From NCBI GenBank assembly GCA_026770705.1, contig JANJGN010000022.1:21080001-21144000 (forward strand): a DNA stretch of 64,000 nucleotides, read 5' to 3'. This document shows, piece after piece, positions 26,749 to 38,060 of the stretch (positions are counted from its first letter, which is position 1; each line of letters begins with the position of its first letter). The position numbers and the translations under genes were made by a program. Source of the stretch: Isurus oxyrinchus. Lineage: Eukaryota. The notes below the pieces were generated by a model. That model had not been told where the DNA came from and ran no database searches. It worked only from the letters and a program-made list of their open reading frames with translations.

Positions 26749-26787
26749 AGTTCTGTCGAAGGGTCATGAGGACTCGAAACGTCAACT
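26749..26787 (+). ncRNA. Minimal hammerhead-like motif with variant core CUGUCGA
   Basis: AGTT-CTGTCGA-A-GGGTC/ATGAG/GACTC-GAAA-CGTC-AACT. Stem I AGTT:AACT, GUC site; A6 replaced by U. Confidence 0.5.
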
Positions 26788-29619
26788 CTTTTCTTCTCCG
26801 CCGATGCTGCCAGACCTGCTGAGTTTTTCCAGGTAATTCTGTTTTTGTTTTGGATTTCCAGCATCCGCAGTTTTCTTTGTTTTTATTACTACTTTAATTC
26901 CCTTGATTGGCCTCTTAATTGTCGGGGGGGACGCGTGCAAAAGTCATGTGATTTCGCGGACAGTCAGGTCATCGTCATGTGACTGCTGGGTGAAACAAGA
27001 GCTTTGCGCAGAAGCCGTTTTAACCACCACATGCAGCAATCTGCACTCAGCTCCTAATTTGATCTGATCTGGGGAGAGTGGTGCCGGACTGAGATTGTGG
27101 AGTCTCCTTACGGAGCAGGGGTAGAAGAGACCTCCTTGGTGCTGTCTAGCACATTTTAGCATTTGGCGATAGGGAAATTTATGGCAGTTTGAACCTATTT
27201 TAACTGAACCAGTTGGGATCCACTGAGTTGCCACAATGTCACCTGGCAAGAGTCAGGACAAGTTCCCCTTTAAGGGCACCGATATAATAAAAAGAATGTG
27301 GTCCAATCAAACTGAAAGATACTTAAAATAGAGCAAGGAGCCCAAACTGAATCAAAAGGAACCTTAGCAACTAAATCATGATGTTTTATCAAGCACCCTA
27401 TTCCCTGGAGCACCCATGGGGCACAGAAGGCCTCAAGCATACCCAGCTGCACTAAACTTCTCAAAGATTATGACTAATTTCTAAAGTTTCTGCCTTAAGC
27501 TTGGTCCTGGTGTTATATTCTTCCAACTCAGAATGTTTTTGTGTAAATATTACGCAAAGTGGTAAAGCTTCTCGGCCAGGCAGCCTTTGCATTTTTCAGC
27601 AAACCTCATCCAAGGGCAGGATGAGGTTTTTTAAAAAAACCTCGCTTGTTTTATTTTCACAGAAAATACTTTTCCATGGGGTGGCAAAATTTCACACAAC
27701 TCCTGCAAAGCCCACTGCTATTCAAATTTAGCAAAACTGAGGGTGAATAATCGGACATGGTAATTCAGAGGGAAGAGCGAGTGCCAAAAATAATTTGTCC
27801 TTGTAAGCAGCAGGTGATTAAAAATCTTAACTCCAAATTGGAACAAGCACACTCTCCTGTGTATTCTGATTATACAACAGATCAAAACAGGGTCACAAGC
27901 TACTGTTACATTTGCTAAAATGTTACTTTCGATGTATGCGGAAATGTGCAGTGGCAATTAAGCTCCCTAATAATGCCACGATTAAGCTACTATGAAACTA
28001 GATCTGTGTAATAACATCAAGAAGAAACTTAAAGTTAAGACACACTACTCAACAGCAGTGTTATTCAATAGTTTGCATTGGCATGTCATAAAGTACATCT
28101 GTCTGCGTATAAGAGGTAGCAATTCCTCTGCCTGACAAATACCTGCTACATGCCGGTGTTGTGTTGTGTTGTCATCATGCCACTGGCATGTTGCTATTTA
28201 TAAGACTCTGGTTCCCATTCATCACTTGAATAGGAAGCAGGGACTATTTATTTGAAATGTGACTATAGCCAAAAGTAATTTGCACACTTGGAACCTAATA
28301 TGGTGATTAAGACATTTTATGTCACAACCCTGCTGTTCTGGGTTTGCATTCTCTCAGTTCTGCCTGCACAAATATACTGGCCACACTTGCAATAGCCTTT
28401 TGTCAATCGTTAGCCAGATGTTGAGGGAACCTAAAACTGAAGCAGGCACTCTTGATCGGAGGCAATTATGACTTTATTGGCAACCCATGGTGTCATATTA
28501 TCATTGCAGTTATACCTTACAGTAGCTAAACTAAAGGTAGAACTAATTATGAATTAAAGAAAATGAGAACTTTAAAACAATACATACTTACAACTAGATG
28601 AAGTAGGCACCCTGTAGAGTACATACTCCTGCCATGTTGTGTTAACTCAACCTTATTACAATTACACAGCTCTACCTTGAGGCTTTTCCCTGCCTGCTTG
28701 ATGCTCTGTAACTGAATGGCATCCATCCATCTTGGGAGGTATCCCTGGGTGTGTGTCACTTCTGGGCTGAACTTTCGTCTGCTGTGGCTGTACAAGCCAA
28801 CTCGTAAGTGGCAATCCCTTTTGCAGCTGGCACAGATGAATAGCGTGGCCCGAGGTCAACTGCTGTTTTTTTTCCGTCCGGCGTGCTCTCTTTTCCGCCA
28901 TCTCGTCATTTCTCTTGTCCTCTACTTTCTCCAGGCCCTTCCCGACCGCTTGTGTCCAGGCAACTCCGGTCAGCAGCAAGGACTTCCCACGCATCGACTC
29001 CAATCCTGGTCAACTTGAAGTCTCCCTAACAGGCATCCTTGTATCGCAGACATGAGTGACCTGTTGGTCTCGTGCCAATAGCAAGGTCACCATAGAGCAT
29101 ATCTTTGGGGATGTGGCCGTCATCCATTCGGCTCACATGCCCCAGCCAACAGAGTCGAGGGCAAGCACGCCGGGGATCCCTGCACACTGGTGTACTCCCA
29201 TATTCAGCACTGTCTTGCCAGGTGATTCCCAATATTTGTCTGAGGCAGCGAAGGTGGAAGCTGTTCAGCTGCTGTTCTTGCCTTCATAAGCTGTCCATCC
29301 TTCGCTGATATAAATGAGGATGCTGAGAACAGAAGCCTGGTACACATGGAGCTTTGTATCTTCAGTTAGTTTGCTGAAGATCCACACACAACTTCTCAAC
29401 TTTGAAATGACAGCTGTGGCCTTGGCAAACCTGCTGCTGATTTCGGTATCAAGGGACAGGTTGCTGATAATTGTTGATCCAAGGTATGTGAAGATGTCGA
29501 TGACCTCCAGAGTGAGGTTGTTGATTGCTGTAGTGTGGCCTTGTCACCTGTTTGTAATAGAGTTGATCTGCAGACAACTTTCTAAGTGGAAACATTAGGT
29601 TTATTTACAATACAGGCAG

Positions 29620-29826
29620 GGCTTGGCCTAAATAGCCAAGTGGTTATGGTACTGGGTTTGTAACCCCAAGATCTCACAATGGCAAACAATGTAACTTCAT
29701 CTGAAACAGATGGAAACGGGTTTGTGCTCGAAAGAGTATCAAGAGTTCAAATCTCACAATGACAAAAACTATGAAACAATGTAACTTCAGCTGAAACAGA
29801 TGGAAATGGGTTTGTACTCAAAAGAG
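29620..29826 (+). mobile_element. tRNA-derived SINE with internal tandem duplication, inserted in the 3' LTR
   Basis: A-box-like TAGCCAAGTGG, TGT anticodon-like loop, B-box GTTCAAATC; 15-bp TSD TTACAATACAGGCAG; absent from the other LTR. Confidence 0.8.
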
Positions 29827-30714
29827 TTACAATACAGGCAGCAGCAACTACACGTGTGCTTACAACTCCATCTCTATCTCTACACCGACGGTGGAGGTAG
29901 CCAGAGCTGCTAACACATTGGTTTACACAGATCATGTGATCTTGCAACACAGGACCATTTTTAAAGGTACAGTCCAGCATTTAACAAAACCATAGTTACT
30001 ACATTCCTCCCCCTTTAACTTTGCTGTACATATTATGCTTACAAGTATATTTATTTCATGCCATTATAATATTTACACCGATCATGAAATTTTCAAGTTC
30101 GGTCTTTCAGGTGGTTTCCTGATTCATGTGGAATGTCGCAGCTCCACAACTTCAGATTCTTTTTCAGGAACCACATTCTCTGGAACTGCATGAACATCGG
30201 GTACCTCGTTGGGCACTTGCAGTTCAGTGTCATCCACTCTGACAGAGACATCAGACAGGTCAGTCCTTGGTTGAGCATTTTCAACAAGAAACACTGGTTC
30301 AGTAATGGTTACAGGTGGAAGCATATCTTGTTGTGGTATCTCTCTTTTCCTTAAATGGTCCACATGCTTACGAGTGATCCGGCTTTCCACTTCTACGTGG
30401 TATAATAATGGTCCGGTCACTGAACTTATTTTGCCTGGTAACCACTGAAATTCTTCACATATTCTGCTTCTCCAACAGTAAATTGCCTCTCAAGACTATG
30501 TAAGTCATGCACAGCACTTTGGTTTCCTTGACTCTTCTCCACTTTCCCCTCCAAATTTGGAAATATTAGGCTCAGTTTTGTCCTAAGACAGCATCTCATC
30601 AACAATTCTGCAGGTGTTGCTCCTGTTGCCATGTGGGGGGTTTTCCTGTAGTGAAAAAGAAAGTGTGTAAGCTTGGTCTCCAATGAATTATCTATTAATT
30701 TCTTCATATTTGTC

Positions 30715-31575
30715 TACAGCATCTAGAATTCTTTCCAGATAAGGTCTTGGAAGTAACTTGTACCTCGTTGATTTTATCTTCAGCATCATCATGCAGCAAA
30801 CCATTATGAGGGACTGGAATAAAATCAAAGTAGGCACAGTTTGATAATCTGTTTATTGCTTCCTTCAAATATTTATAGAAGCTACCAGCCACCATTTTAT
30901 TGTCTTTTCAGAACCTTCTTCCTTTTTGTCTCCTCCTTTCCACCACAGAGTTTAGTCTCATCCTTCGTTTTGACTTCTCTGTCAGCCAGACTTCTCTCAG
31001 GTGAAATCTCAACTCGTTTTAGTTCAGTAGCTGAGCCTCCCAAAACTTTATTATTTGCTTGCCTCTTTGAAAGCTCTCCGATTTTTGTTTTCAAAGCCTC
31101 TTTGACTTCATTTAGTTGATTCTTCAGCTCTTCTGTCTCTTATTTGTATTTGTTGGCTGCCTCTTGGAAACTTGATCATTGATGTGCCTTCTCTGCCAAC
31201 TGGTTCTTCAGTTTATTCAGGGAGACGCTGAATTCTTCCTGTTTCTCTTTGTACTGTTCCAGAGGCACAAACTTTGACCTGAGGGAAGCTTGTCATGTGT
31301 GAAGGCTTTTTAAACAGGTTTTCCTTTTCCTTGTGATGGTTACTCACTTTGTCTTGAAGTCTGTCATTCAGCAGGACCTCCTTGAGTTGCTTCTGCTGCT
31401 CTTCCATGTTTTAGTTTAAGATAGACTGCATTTCTTCAGGTTGTTGAGTCCTTACACACTCCTTTTTCATCTTGTTGCAGTCCTTGGACTCTCCAGGCTC
31501 TTTCTGTCATACTTTGTCTTGTTCCTTTTTTCAAGACATGAGCTCTTCCAGTTTTCTTTTGAAATCTCACTGGGC
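30715..31575 (-). pseudogene. Coiled-coil coding insert inside the Gypsy element, possibly derived from a UACA/RAI14/ANKRD24-family transcript
   Basis: Manual translation: MEEQQKQLKEVL, SKFVPLEQYKEKQEEFSVSLNKLKNQLAEK, ETEELKNQLNEVKEALKTKIGELSKR, LKEAINRLSNCAY. Family assignment is from recalled similarity only. Confidence 0.5.
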
Positions 31576-34500
31576 AATCAAGGTTGATTTCCCTTAACCA
31601 GTTTCGTGGCTTGGTCCTGCGCTTCTCAGTGGTAGCTGTGCCGATTGGTTTCTATAATAGACAGTTACTCTGCTGATACCTTTTACTTGGTTTTCTTTGC
31701 TTGTGTATGTTTTTAACTTGGCAGATGTTTGTTCCATATTTAATTGATGTTCACCATTATTTAAATACCTGAAAGTGTGTTCTCCGATCACAGTAGTGGA
31801 AGCTCCCGTGTCTACTTCCATTTTTACTGGTTTACCATTCACTTGTGCTGTAACAAATATTGGCTCTAGTCTTCCCAACGTTCATGTTAAACAATTAATA
31901 AATGTCAGAATTTGTTGTTTCAGGCTCTTCTACACTGTAGATTTCATTGGGCTTCTTCTGTTGTTTGCAAGCCTGTTTAAATCTCTCTTTGCACTGCGCG
32001 TGTCCATTTCTGTAACAAAAGTAACATTCTACTTTTTTAAACTGCCAATCACAAAAAGACTGATTGTTTCCACATCGATTTATCTGCTAAATTATTTCTT
32101 CTTATTTTTCGGTTAGTGGGGGCTGTTCCCCGTTTCACGGCGGAGTCTCACTTTCTCACGCCACTTTCGGCTGACTGTTCCTGCCCAATTTGGAGTGTGG
32201 TGCCATTTGACACCCCTTGTATTGCTTGTGAATCTCTTACAGCCCTTTCCATGGCCAGCACTGTTTCTAATGTCTTCTTAAGATCCAGCTTCACTTCAGC
32301 CAGCAATCTTCTCTGAATAGTGTCTTCTTCACACACAACACACTAAACAATCTCTGAGCATGTTGTTCAGAGCCTCACTGAACTCACAATGTTCCGTTAG
32401 TTGCTTCAAATTCACCACGTAGCTAGCAATTGTCTCACCCAGGGCTTTATTTTGTGAATTGAATCTGAACCTCTGCATTGTGATTGAGGGATGAAAATGT
32501 CCCTTCACGAGGTCACCAATTCTCTGAAATTCTTCAAAGCTGGGGTACTGGGTGCCATCAAACTTTGAATCAAACTGTAGGTTTTGTTCCCACAAGCATT
32601 CAAGAGGTTCACTTGCCTCTTCCCTATCCCTCTGATTTTGTTTGCTTGAAAGAAGAACGTGAGGCATTCTATTTACTGAGACCAATCATTTGTGGCTGGC
32701 TCAAAGGGATCAATTCTACGAAATTATGGCATTTTGGGTGAGTATATCATCTGTTATTTTAAACGGATGTTGATACTCACAATCGCTGGGCGAGGTACAG
32801 TACCGATTCTGATTTATTTTGATTTATCCTCATCACCAGTTTGTTGTAGTGGGGCCTTGTCACCTGTTTGTAATAGAGTTAATCTGCAGACAACTCTCTA
32901 AGTGGAAACATTAGGTTTATTTACTATACAGCCAGCAGCAGCTACACATGTGCTTTTAACTCCATCTCTCTCTACACTGACTGTGGAGGTAGCCTGCGCT
33001 GCTAACGCATTGGTTTACACAGATCATGTGATCTTACAACACAGGACTATTCTTAAAGGTTCTGTACAACATTTAACAAAACCATAGTTACTACACTGAT
33101 GTTGATGGAGAGTGGAGTCTCTGCGTCCTGGCCCATAACTTTGGTCTTCCTGGTGCTGGTTGTCAGTCCAAAATCCTTGCAGGCCCAGGAGGACTGATCT
33201 AAAAGCTGCTACAAATGAATTTTATCGTGGGATGCTAGCACAGCATCATCAGCAAACAACAGCTCAAGAACTAGAAAATTACACAATTTGTCTTGGTGCA
33301 GAGTCTTGCCAAGTTGAACAGCTTGCCTTCAGCTCTGGCATGCAGGTAGACTCCCTCACATGAGTCACCCAAAGCAAACAACAGCAGCATGGAGAAAAAT
33401 ATACCAAAGTGAGTTGGTACCCGGATGTAGCCCTGCTTCATCCCACTGCTGATCTTGCAAGTTTCTGATGTTGCTCCATCGTAACTGACAGAACTGTGCA
33501 TGTTCTCATGGAATTGAGGAAATGATGCTCAGTCTGCATTCTGCAGCAGTTTAAAGGGTCCATCTCTGACAAGGTCAAAGGCCTTGGTGAGGCCCTTGAA
33601 GGCAACGTCAAGTAGTCTGCACTCTTCGTGGCACTTCTTCTGTAACCGCCAAAGTGAGAAAATCATGTCAATTGTCACTTTTCCAGCTCTGAAGCTGCAC
33701 TGAAACTTGATAGATGTGTGATGCCAGTCTCTGAAATCTGGTCGGAGCAACGTGAGCGAAGACATTTCTCACAATGCTTAACAAGGAGATGCCCAATCAA
33801 TTGTGATAGTCACTTCGTCTTTACACAAGGTACCATGAGGCACAAATCTTTTCTTCCAGCAAAGGCACAAACGATCATGGAGTTGCTGCAGCAGTGCTAG
33901 TTTTCTACTTCTGATGATTTCAGGTGGAATGCCATCGTTTCCTGGAACTTTATCACTGGCAGGATGGTCAATGGCCTTTTCGAGCGCTACTATGGTGGGC
34001 TTGCTGTCCAGCTCCTCCATGACAGAAAGGTCTGGAATGGCACTGGGAGCTTCTTCAGTGATAGTGTTCTCTGTTGCATTGAGTTTGAGGTAATGCTCCA
34101 CCCACTTTTCCATTGACATGCAATGTTCAGTGATGATTATTCCTGCCTTTGTCTTCAAAGGGGCAGATACTTTTGCTGCTGGGCCTGTCCCTTTCTTGAT
34201 TCCTTCATACATCTCTCTAGCATCCCTGGTACAGCAGCAGATTGTATACTGTTGCAAAGTTTCAACCAGTATTGATTGACACAGCCGAGCAGTCTGCTTG
34301 GGCTGGATTCCGGCAGCTGTGAGAGCATCTAGGTTTTGTTTGCTGGGAACTTGCTTTTAGTTCAAGTGCTCTCCTCTTATTTGTGGACACTGGCTCCATT
34401 TCAATCCAATAAGCCTCAAACCAGTCCGTATTCCTCTGATCTCTTTCTCCAGTGAGTGTTGTGCAGTGGATCCCACTTTGACACCGCACTCTGAGTCTGC

Positions 34501-34791
34501 GCAAGGACGTTGAAGAATTCTGGTCCTTTCTGGGTCAGTGGCATGGCAGATGTTGATCCAAGCGTGGTATAGTGGTGTTGTATAGTGGAATGGTATAGTT
34601 CCCTTGGCTGAAGGTTGACCTTGCTACACACCAGGGAGTGGTCAGTGTCACAGTCAGTACTGTGATGGCTACAAGTGAGGAGGATACTGTTGAGGGTGGT
34701 ATGTCTGGTGATGATGAAATATAGCTGGTGTCGGTGGCATGATTTTGTATGTATCCAGGACACCTTGCAGGAAGTAGCCGTTTGTCACAGA

Positions 34792-35461
34792 GGGCAGAAT
34801 TTTCAGTCTGGCGGGTGGGCATGATTGGCGGGCCTGGGAGCAGCCGGGGAATGGGCCGCCTGCGATTGGCACCTGACCACGATTTCACGCCGGCTGGCCA
34901 ATTATTGGCTAGCCAGCGTGAAAGGTACGAGGAAAGGCTCAATGCTGCCTGTGGGGGGGCGGGAAGAGAGCGAGCGCAGGTGGGAGGGAGCATAAATGGA
35001 CAGCTCCCTGACGGCAGAGAGCTGCCTCAGGGAATTAACAACTTTAAAATCAATAGAGAGAATTTAAAATCCGGAAAAAATGTCCACGCAGCAGAATGCG
35101 TCACTTGTGCATTGACGTTATAAAAATTCTGTGTATAGATCTTTTTAATTTTTTGCTATTTAATTACAGAAACCTCATCCCGCCCTTGGATGAGGTTTCC
35201 TGAAAAATGCAAAGGCCACTGGCCGGTTTGCCCGCTTGCCAACCGTAAGGTTGGACGGGCAGCGAAAAATCCCTGTTAATTGACACTTTAATGGCCTCTT
35301 AAATGTCGGCGGGTGCGCTGCCGACTCTCGCGCATGCCTGCTGACCGAAATATCGCACCGGTGTGCGATGACATCAGGATGCTCGCCTGACGTCACCGTG
35401 CACTATTTCACTCTCAAGCGTGTCAGGCGTGCGCTCACATGCCAAGCAGAAAATTCTGCCC
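34792..35461. mobile_element. Harbinger MITE inserted in the RTE
   Basis: Perfect TIR GGGCAGAATTTT / AAAATTCTGCCC; internal hairpin AAACCTCATCC...GGATGAGGTTT; TSD not clean. Confidence 0.85.
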
Positions 35462-35789
35462 GTAGAGTCTATGGTAATAGTGTAGCCCCAGCAACCTCTG
35501 TCTATTTTCATTCATCTTGCCAATTCCCTGGTGCCCTTTGCACATTGGCCAAGCTGTGTAGTCAGTACCCACCCTTGCGTTGCAGTTCCCTGGAAGGTAC
35601 AATCCAGCAGTACTGGGAACTCTGCTGATGGCAGAGTCAAGTGCCTCAGAGAATTGATCTTTGATATCTGGGACAAAGATGCGCGTGAGGTTAACTGGGT
35701 CCACGCTTGCTGTCAAGGGAAGAGTAAGAAGCCTCTCTGAGCCTTCTGTGGGTGATTAAATCATTACAAGTAGAGTGTTTTTTTTACTG

Positions 35790-36783
35790 TGTTATGAAAA
35801 CCAAACTTATCTTAGTGTTGAGAGTGGAAGTCCCGAAGGACCAGGAGTGGGCTGCACATGCACAGATTGGCATTTTTACATTCCTTGGGCCCAGTGCAAA
35901 ACAGTGTGAAAACCCGGGTAGGTGGCTGGGAGCAGAGTGCCATTGCCGGCAAGTGTCCCAGGCAAGGGACAGGGAGAGGGGGCACAGGGAGAGGCCCCAA
36001 ATGGAGAGGGGACAGGGAGAGGTCCCAGAGAGGGGCCAGGGACAGGAGAAGGTCCCAGTTCAGATAAAAAGAGAGGAGCAGAGAAACAGGCCCCAAACAG
36101 AAAAAGGACTGTGGGACCAAGTGAAGAAGGCAGCTGGAAGTTGGTGAGTCCTTGCTGCGGGCCCCTGGGGCAAAAGTCCCCCTTTGGAACAGCCAAAGGG
36201 GGCGCAGCCGAAGATTTGAAGTCGTGCTTGTGAGTTGGTGCTTGAGTGTATGGTCGGGAATCCAGGGGAACAGAATCTTGGGAGATGACATTGAAACCCT
36301 GCAAGGTGGGCTGTTGTTGACATTGTCAGAGTTGGAGTGACTTTTGGAGAGAATTCCCAGGTTAGATCTTCAAAGGTAAACACTGGAATCCCTTGTGAGA
36401 GGGTCAGAGTTTCAGTGAGGTTGGTTGATTCACAATGTTACTGATGTCTGGGTGGGTCATTGAGAAATCCATGGACTCTGTTTTGATCGCATTTGGCATT
36501 TATTGTGTAGTGTGATGTGTTCAGCCACAGTTTGCCTGTTAACAACCAAGTACCTCATAGTTCCCCTGAATGTTAGAGTATAAGATAGATAGTGTAAAGT
36601 GTTTTATCTTTCTGATCTTGTACAGTAAAATTTATTTTTGCTTGCTCAAAACCCATAGAATCTTGTGGTTTTATTCATGGACTAAATATCTCGAATCTCA
36701 AACTTTGCCTATTTTAAACAAAACGTTATTGCTCCCTACCCGAATCTTACAAAAACTTGGGGGTCTGGTCAAGGATCACAACA
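35790..36783 (+). mobile_element. Solo LTR inserted in the RTE
   Basis: TGTTATG...CACAACA termini with a perfect 4-bp TSD ACTG (35786-35789, 36784-36787). Confidence 0.85.
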
Positions 36784-37074
36784 ACTGGTAAATGCACTCA
36801 ACTTTCATGCGTTGCCTCTTGCATTTTCCCTGTCAGAAGAACATGTTGTGTTTCTCTTTACGGGATCAGCTTTGAGCAATCCTGGTTTCTGGCAGCACAG
36901 CAATGTCCACATTGAGCCTTGTAAGTTCTTTGTCGATCACAGCTGTCTTTCATGCATCACCATCCTACGGAAGGTTGTCGGTAAGGCCAGGACACGTTGT
37001 CCTTACATCCTAACTTTCAACGTGAAAGACTGGTTGTGTCTCCTTTATGAGATTGTCTTGCCTGGTGCACTGAT

Positions 37075-38060
37075 TAGCAACCCAGGACATCACTGCAGGA
37101 GCTCCTCAGGTTATGTCCTAGCCCTAAACATCTTCAGCTGCTTCATCCAATGACCTCCCTCTGTCATGAGGTCAGATTGGAAATATTCACTGATGGTTGC
37201 ACAGCAAACAGCAACATTCATGACTCGTCAGATACTGAAGCAATCCGTGGCCATATGGATAACACTCAGGCTTGAGCTGATAAGTGACAACTAACATTCA
37301 CGCCAAACAAGGGCCAGGCAATGACTATCTCCAACAAGAGATAATCAAACCATCTGCCCTTGATATTCAATGGTATTACCATCACTGAATCCCCCACTAT
37401 CAACAACCTGGGGGCTACCATTGACTAGAAGCTGAACTGAACCAGCCACATAAATACAGTGGCTACAAGAGCAGGTCAGAGGCTGGGAATTCTGCAGTGA
37501 GTAACTCAACTCCTGACTCCTCAAAGCTTGTAAATCATCTACAAGGCACAAGTCAGGAGTGTGATGGAGTGCTCTCCACTGGCCTGGTTGAGTACAGCTC
37601 CAACAACACTCAAGAAGCTCAATACCATCCAGGACAAAGCAACCCGCTTGATTGGCACCCCATCCACTATCTTAAGCATTCACTCCCTCCAACAATGACA
37701 CACAGTGGCAGCAGTGTGTACCATCTACAAGATGCACTGCAGCAACTCACCAAGGCTCCTTCAACAGCACCTTCTAAACCTATGACATCTACCACTTAGG
37801 AGGACAAGGGCAGCAGACATGTGGGAACACCACCACCTGAAAGTTCCCTTCCAAGCCACTCACCATCCTGACTTTGAGCTATATCGCCGTTCCTTCACTG
37901 TCACTGGGTCAAAATCCTGGAACTCCCTCCCTAACAGCATTGTGGGTGTACCTACACCACACGGACTGTAACAGTTCAAGAAGGCAGCTCACCACCACTT
38001 CCTTGAGGGCAATCAATGCTGGCCTAGCCAGCAACATGCACATCCTGTGAACAAATAAAT
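37075..38060 (+). mobile_element. CR1/L2-clade LINE 3' ~1 kb, decayed
   Basis: Degenerate PQG-VL-P and YKAQVRSVME motifs; 3' end shared with 5200-5415 and 52245-52685. Confidence 0.8.

Larger units (their letters stand above)
23440..26885 (-). mobile_element. Young Penelope-like element with an inverted duplicated 3' arm (pseudo-LTR)
   Basis: 23440-24493 is the reverse complement of 25787-~26833. 18-bp TSD TTACTACTTTAATTCCCT at 23422-23439 and 26886-26903. Confidence 0.95.
22917..26985. mobile_element. Harbinger MITE interrupted by the Penelope element (pieces 22917-23439 and ~26904-26985)
   Basis: TIR GGGCAGAATTTTCC; colinear with the MITE at 34792-35461 across the Penelope insertion. Confidence 0.75.
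29526..33095 (-). mobile_element. Gypsy LTR retrotransposon lacking RT/RNaseH
   Basis: LTRs 32842-33095 and 29526-30003 with TG...CA ends; TSD TTGAT/CTGAT; PBS TGGTGATGAGGAT (tRNA-Ser-like) at 32826-32838; PPT AAAGGGGGAGGAA at 30004-30016; gag ~32110-32720; protease VDTGAS 31594-31878; integrase C-terminus 30100-30710. Confidence 0.92.
28715..37070 (-). mobile_element. Near-full-length decayed RTE LINE split by three insertions
   Basis: EN fragments at 36790-37070, 35460-35789 and 34400-34790. RT at 33100-34260 (GMKQG...HFGIFFSMLL, GKLFNLARL). C-terminus at 28780-29525 (WLGHVSRMDDGHIPKDMLYGDL; FICASC...LYSHSRR). The frame rejoins across the Gypsy insertion (MGQDAETPLSININNLTLEVIDIFTYLGS). 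Confidence 0.9.

Noticed and set aside
29620-29680. Functional tRNA-Thr gene
   Set aside because: The T-arm is displaced, the anticodon stem is imperfect, and it is flanked by a TSD with a SINE body.
35752-36383. Several overlapping 100-160 aa ORFs
   Set aside because: They are low-complexity purine-rich repeats within a solo LTR with no recognisable domain.
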